From a virus (lineage: Duplodnaviria > Caudoviricetes): a stretch of 64,000 nt of DNA. Made by a program: the position numbers and the translations under genes. Shown piece after piece: positions 60,199 through 64,000 of this stretch. The stretch spans positions 192,001-256,000 of the IMG/VR virus record IMGVR_UViG_3300037067_004891; one strand, written 5' to 3'. The notes beneath the pieces were generated by a model, which was given only the letters and a program-made list of their open reading frames with translations, made no database searches and was not told the DNA's origin. Within the stretch, counting starts at the first letter, position 1. Every line of letters starts with the position of its first letter.

Positions 60199-60231
60199 AA
60201 TACAAAAATATGATTATTTTTTAATATAATA

Positions 60232-60513
60232 TTATAAATTGCTATTTTTTCTAAAATAAATTGATTCCTTAGAAGCAACAAAACATATAATAGTTTTACC
60301 ATCTTGAAACTCACTGTTTTCATTTATTGCTTGAAATAAAGAATTGTTTTTTATTACAATCGGAATACCATATTCTGTATATTCAGCTATACCATGTTTT
60401 TTAGATTCAGCATCAGATAAATACGATCCTTTTGTTAAACCACATTTACATGATTTGATACTATAATCCAAATTAAATATTTCATTACATTTTGAACACA
60501 TTAATAATTTCAT
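60232..60513 (-). CDS. hypothetical Zn-binding protein
   Basis: MKLLMCSKC...KSCKCG. Confidence 0.6.
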   Translation of the reverse strand: MKLLMCSKCNEIFNLDYSIKSCKCGLTKGSYLSDAESKKHGIAEYTEYGIPIVIKNNSLFQAINENSEFQDGKTIICFVASKESIYFRKNSNL

Positions 60514-60536
60514 ATGATTTTTATATTTATATATTA

Positions 60537-60878
60537 TTATTTTAACAATTTAAAAAAATCATCGATATTTAATACTACATATGTTTTACTTCGATTCCTT
60601 CTGAATACTAAGAGTGATTTAGTATTTGGTTGACAGTTTTTTTCAGCTTGTTCAAGCCAAGCCCAAATTTTAGTGGTTTCTTGATTTTTAGCTTCTATTG
60701 AATAAGGAAATAATTTTTTAGCAGCCGTTGATAATTGAACATCAACACCAGATTCACCAGATATTGTTGATTTAACATCATCTGTAGTTAGTTCTGAATA
60801 TTTTTCAAGTATCAATTCAACGATTTCGTTTTGTAACCGTTTACCTTTATTTTTACAACTTCGACTTTTTATTGACAT
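60537..60878 (-). CDS. Holliday junction resolvase-like PD-(D/E)XK nuclease
   Basis: KNKGKRLQ, GESGVDV, SIEAKNQE, LVFRRNRS. Confidence 0.75.
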   Translation of the reverse strand: MSIKSRSCKNKGKRLQNEIVELILEKYSELTTDDVKSTISGESGVDVQLSTAAKKLFPYSIEAKNQETTKIWAWLEQAEKNCQPNTKSLLVFRRNRSKTYVVLNIDDFFKLLK

Positions 60879-60879
60879 T

Positions 60880-61383
60880 TTAAATATCTATATGTTTCCA
60901 ATTTTTTCTATTTACTATATAACCAATTAATGATTTACTAACATGATATATTTTTGCAATTTCTTTTTGGGTTTTTAAACCTTTCAATTCTATAATTTCC
61001 CTAACTTCGAAATCGTTTAATTTTGCTCTACCATTAAATACACCATTATGATTTAATACACCGTTATCAATAGCATGATTATTATTTTCAAGGTGTGTTG
61101 ACCATTCTAAATTATTTATATTATTATTTTTTTTATTTAAATCTATATGATTTACTGTCCTTTTGTTAAAAGGATTTGGTATAAAAGCTTCAGCAACTAA
61201 TCTATGTATTTTATAAATTTTTGATAAAGGACTGTTTCTCAAATGTATGACTAAATAACCATAATTATCTTCAATTTCTTTTAATAAAATATTTTTTCTT
61301 AAACTTTTAACCCTTCCCTTATTACTAATTTCATATAAACCTTCCCAACTTTTTATTGGTAACCACATTTCGTTTGATTCCAT
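60880..61383 (-). CDS. NUMOD4-HNH homing endonuclease
   Basis: WEGLYEISNKGRVKS; HRLVAEAFIPN...VNHIDLNK.NN..NLEW. Confidence 0.9.
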   Translation of the reverse strand: MESNEMWLPIKSWEGLYEISNKGRVKSLRKNILLKEIEDNYGYLVIHLRNSPLSKIYKIHRLVAEAFIPNPFNKRTVNHIDLNKKNNNINNLEWSTHLENNNHAIDNGVLNHNGVFNGRAKLNDFEVREIIELKGLKTQKEIAKIYHVSKSLIGYIVNRKNWKHIDI

Positions 61384-61396
61384 ATAATATATTTAT

Positions 61397-62038
61397 TTAA
61401 AAATCACCTTGTCCACCATAATGACAAACCAAATATGAGGGTGTTTTAGCTAATTTTTTAAATTGCAAACCCTTCCCAACACACTGAAGTAAAAAAAACC
61501 AATCATGTCCATATCCGTTATTCCATTTAGGTTTATGTACCATATCTTTATATCTTTCTGTATAAAAATTTCTATGTGATATTGAACTCGTACCAATAGA
61601 ACCCCACCTTGGTTCTACCTCTCTGGAAAATAATTGTTTAAAGTCGGACGACAATACTAAATAATCATTATAATAAACCATGTCTACATCATCTGAGAAT
61701 TGATTTACAATGGTTTCTATATGAGTTTTTCCTAATACATCATCGGCATCGAAATAGCTTATTATATCACCCGTTGCAGCTTGTAAACCTTCCTGTCTAA
61801 GTCCACCATATGTTGGATATTTATTAGCTCTTATAAGTTTAACATTTTCATCATTCGAAAAATGTTGGTCATACAAAGCATTTGTAATCTGGCAACCGTC
61901 ACTAACAATTATCAATTCACAATTAGTGTATGTTTGTTTTTTAAAAGAATTGACGGCACGTAAAAATTTTTTATCTGAGTTTTTTGCACATCCTTGGTAA
62001 AATTGTAAATAAGAAGCCATTATAACTGATACTTTCAT
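61397..62038 (-). CDS. glycosyltransferase family 2
   Basis: VSVIMASY, ELIIVSDG, YFDADD. Confidence 0.85.
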   Translation of the reverse strand: MKVSVIMASYLQFYQGCAKNSDKKFLRAVNSFKKQTYTNCELIIVSDGCQITNALYDQHFSNDENVKLIRANKYPTYGGLRQEGLQAATGDIISYFDADDVLGKTHIETIVNQFSDDVDMVYYNDYLVLSSDFKQLFSREVEPRWGSIGTSSISHRNFYTERYKDMVHKPKWNNGYGHDWFFLLQCVGKGLQFKKLAKTPSYLVCHYGGQGDF

Positions 62039-62140
62039 GTTTATTTCTTTGTTTTTTAATCGTATTATTATATACGATTTTTTTATGATAAAATTACACT
62101 TAACATTAAGTTATATATAGTAAAAAATGGGTTTCCTTTA

Positions 62141-62679
62141 ATGAAAAAAATACCCAACATGAAGCAGAAGAAAATGTTTTAAACAAATGCAAAGAAAAAA
62201 ATTACACATTATTAGAAGAATTTACATATAAAAACAATAAAACTAAATTATATTTAAAATGTAATATACATAATGTTGAATTAAAAACAACGTATAATCT
62301 ATTGTTAAGTGAAAATTTAAATTGCTCTGATTGTGTTAAAGATAAAAAAAGAAAAACTAATGAAGAAAAAAAGAATTGGAATATAGAGATATCAACTTTC
62401 AAAAAATATAAAAAACAAGTTAATAAATACACAGATAAAAATAAAAAAGAATTATTTATAAACTGGAATGGTTTAGATTATTATGATGGTGAGTATATAA
62501 AGAATTATTTAACATTACACAATAGTAATACAAGATACCCAACAATCGACCACAAAAAATCCATATTTTATGGTTTTAAAAATAATATATCACCAGAAGA
62601 AATAGGAAAAATTGATAATTTAGTTATAACTAAAAGAAGTATAAATTCAAAAAAAGGAAATAAAATAAATTATATATAA
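62141..62679 (+). pseudogene. HNH-like endonuclease with frameshift after the ATG
   Basis: ATG at 62141 is followed by A7 and is out of frame with TQHEAEENV...CNIH...CSDC...TIDHK...NL...NSKK. Confidence 0.55.
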
Positions 62680-62698
62680 TAAAAAATAAGTTCCATCG

Positions 62699-62965
62699 AT
62701 GAAATATTTAAAAACTTTTGAATATCTTATGAATGATAAATTATATAAAATCGAAGTTTTCGATAAATCAAATCCTGATAAAAGTACACCAATAGCACAA
62801 AGCACTGTGACTGGTAGAGAAAATGACACAACAATAGAATCTGATTTCGAAAAATCAGAAGAATTTTCTAATATTAAAAAGAAAAATCCAAACGCTGATT
62901 TAATAATTAAAGTTTCGAGAGTTCATGATTCGATTACAAATTTTTTAGACAAAAAAAAATATTAA
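62699..62965 (+). CDS. hypothetical, putative internal head protein
   Basis: MKYLKTFE motif. Confidence 0.55.
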   Translation: MKYLKTFEYLMNDKLYKIEVFDKSNPDKSTPIAQSTVTGRENDTTIESDFEKSEEFSNIKKKNPNADLIIKVSRVHDSITNFLDKKKY

Positions 62966-63193
62966 AACATTTAATAATTATAATACAACATCTTTATATA
63001 GAATGAAGAAACAACATGAAGCTCCAAATTACGGTGTTATCGTTTCAATGAAGACCAGAAGTGAGTTAGATGAAAAGGGTTAACCAACTGTTAATAAAAA
63101 TATAATAAAATTTACAAATATTTAATAAAAAAATTAAAAAGAAACCTTTTATTTTTAATATATAGATAGAGAGTAAAAATATACACATTTTAA

Positions 63194-63339
63194 ATGTTAA
63201 AAGCAATAAAAGTAAAATTATATCCAAATAAAAATCAAGAAAAACCTATATTAATAAACTGCTTGGTTGTTACCGATTTATTTTTAATAAGTGCCTTGAA
63301 CTAAAGAAAAATAAATATCTGGAAGATAAACGATATTAA
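63194..63339 (+). pseudogene. tnpB: 5' remnant of tnpB (N-terminal HTH)
   Basis: MLKAIKVKLYPNKNQE, frameshift, YINKLLGCYRFIFNKCL...Y. Confidence 0.75.
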
Positions 63340-63342
63340 GTT

Positions 63343-63735
63343 ATGAGTGCTGATAGAATTTACAAAATATTATATGTAGAAGATGACCAAACTGTAATAA
63401 CAATGGTGAAAGCTATGTTAGTTGATAAGAAATTTGAAATTGATGTGGCGATGAATGGTTCTGAAGCAGTAACTATGGCATTTAGAGGTAAATATGATAT
63501 AATCTTAACAGACATAATGATGCCAGTTATGAATGGTCTCGAAGCAGCTAAAACCATCAAAAACATGTCTCCAAATGTTCCTATATTAGCTGTAACTTCT
63601 TATGATATTGTTGATTTGTCAAAAGATAAACAAATAGATGATGTATTGAGAAAACCTGTCAGAAAAGAAGAATTAAAATATAAAATCATCGAAATGATTC
63701 ATGATTTTGAAAACAAAAATAAAAAAGAGAGTTAA
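63343..63735 (+). CDS. single-domain response regulator (CheY-like receiver)
   Basis: ILYVEDD, DIILTDIMMPVMNG, AVTS, RKP. Confidence 0.9.
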   Translation: MSADRIYKILYVEDDQTVITMVKAMLVDKKFEIDVAMNGSEAVTMAFRGKYDIILTDIMMPVMNGLEAAKTIKNMSPNVPILAVTSYDIVDLSKDKQIDDVLRKPVRKEELKYKIIEMIHDFENKNKKES

Positions 63736-63747
63736 TCAACTCTCTTT
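63724..63747. terminator. bidirectional terminator
   Basis: AAAGAGAGTT-AATC-AACTCTCTTT. Confidence 0.65.
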
Positions 63748-63879
63748 ATATTTATTTACCCTTTTTAAATCAAAAATATCCTCAATCTTAGCTTTTCGTT
63801 CTTTGCGAAGTTTTTCTTTACGCATTAGTTCTTCAGCATGACTATTATCCCACGCCCACGTTGTTCCAGTTAGAGACAT
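63736..63879 (-). CDS. small hypothetical protein (47 aa)
   Basis: MSLTGTTWAW...RKERKAKIEDIF; below the track length cutoff. Confidence 0.4.
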   Translation of the reverse strand: MSLTGTTWAWDNSHAEELMRKEKLRKERKAKIEDIFDLKRVNKYKES

Positions 63880-64000
63880 TTTAAATTAATTCATTTTTAT
63901 CAAAAATCGTGTCCAATTTTTGTTTACGTTCATCTTTTATTTTCTTCATTAAATCTAAATACTGTTTCATTATTCTATACTATTATTTTTTAAATATTTT

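Noticed and set aside
63002-63017. 16-bp match AATGAAGAAACAACAT to the - strand near 58969-58984
   Set aside because: Single AT-rich match with no further context; probably chance.
1-64000. Stop-codon reassignment as in some Bacteroidota megaphages
   Set aside because: Long genes are intact and densely packed under the standard code.
1-64000. tRNA or rRNA genes
   Set aside because: No cloverleaf or rRNA-like sequence recognised in the intergenic regions.

Overview
AT-rich segment of a large (jumbo-type) T4-like tailed phage genome, read with the standard code. A Bacteroidota host is inferred from TAnnTTTG promoters, a Bacteroidetes-type class II RNR and Cas13b-like CRISPR repeats. Core genes: class II RNR with two inteins, gp41-like helicase split by an atypical split intein, UvsX/RecA, gp32-like SSB, resolvase, baseplate and tail-fibre genes, and many putative internal head proteins. 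Homing endonucleases and IS200/IS605 tnpB elements, several decayed, are scattered through it. There are two CRISPR arrays with related 36-bp repeats and ~30-bp spacers, and no cas1/cas2 in the window. Array 1 (499-864) follows the C-terminus of a Cas12f/TnpB-like nuclease and a structured candidate tracrRNA. Array 2 (15742-16177) has no recognisable cas gene. Instead a 113-aa ORF reads in frame through its first repeat and first spacer, so spacer acquisition would rewrite that protein's C-terminus. This gene-array fusion is the best candidate for an undescribed system. All homology calls come from motif recognition, not database searches.
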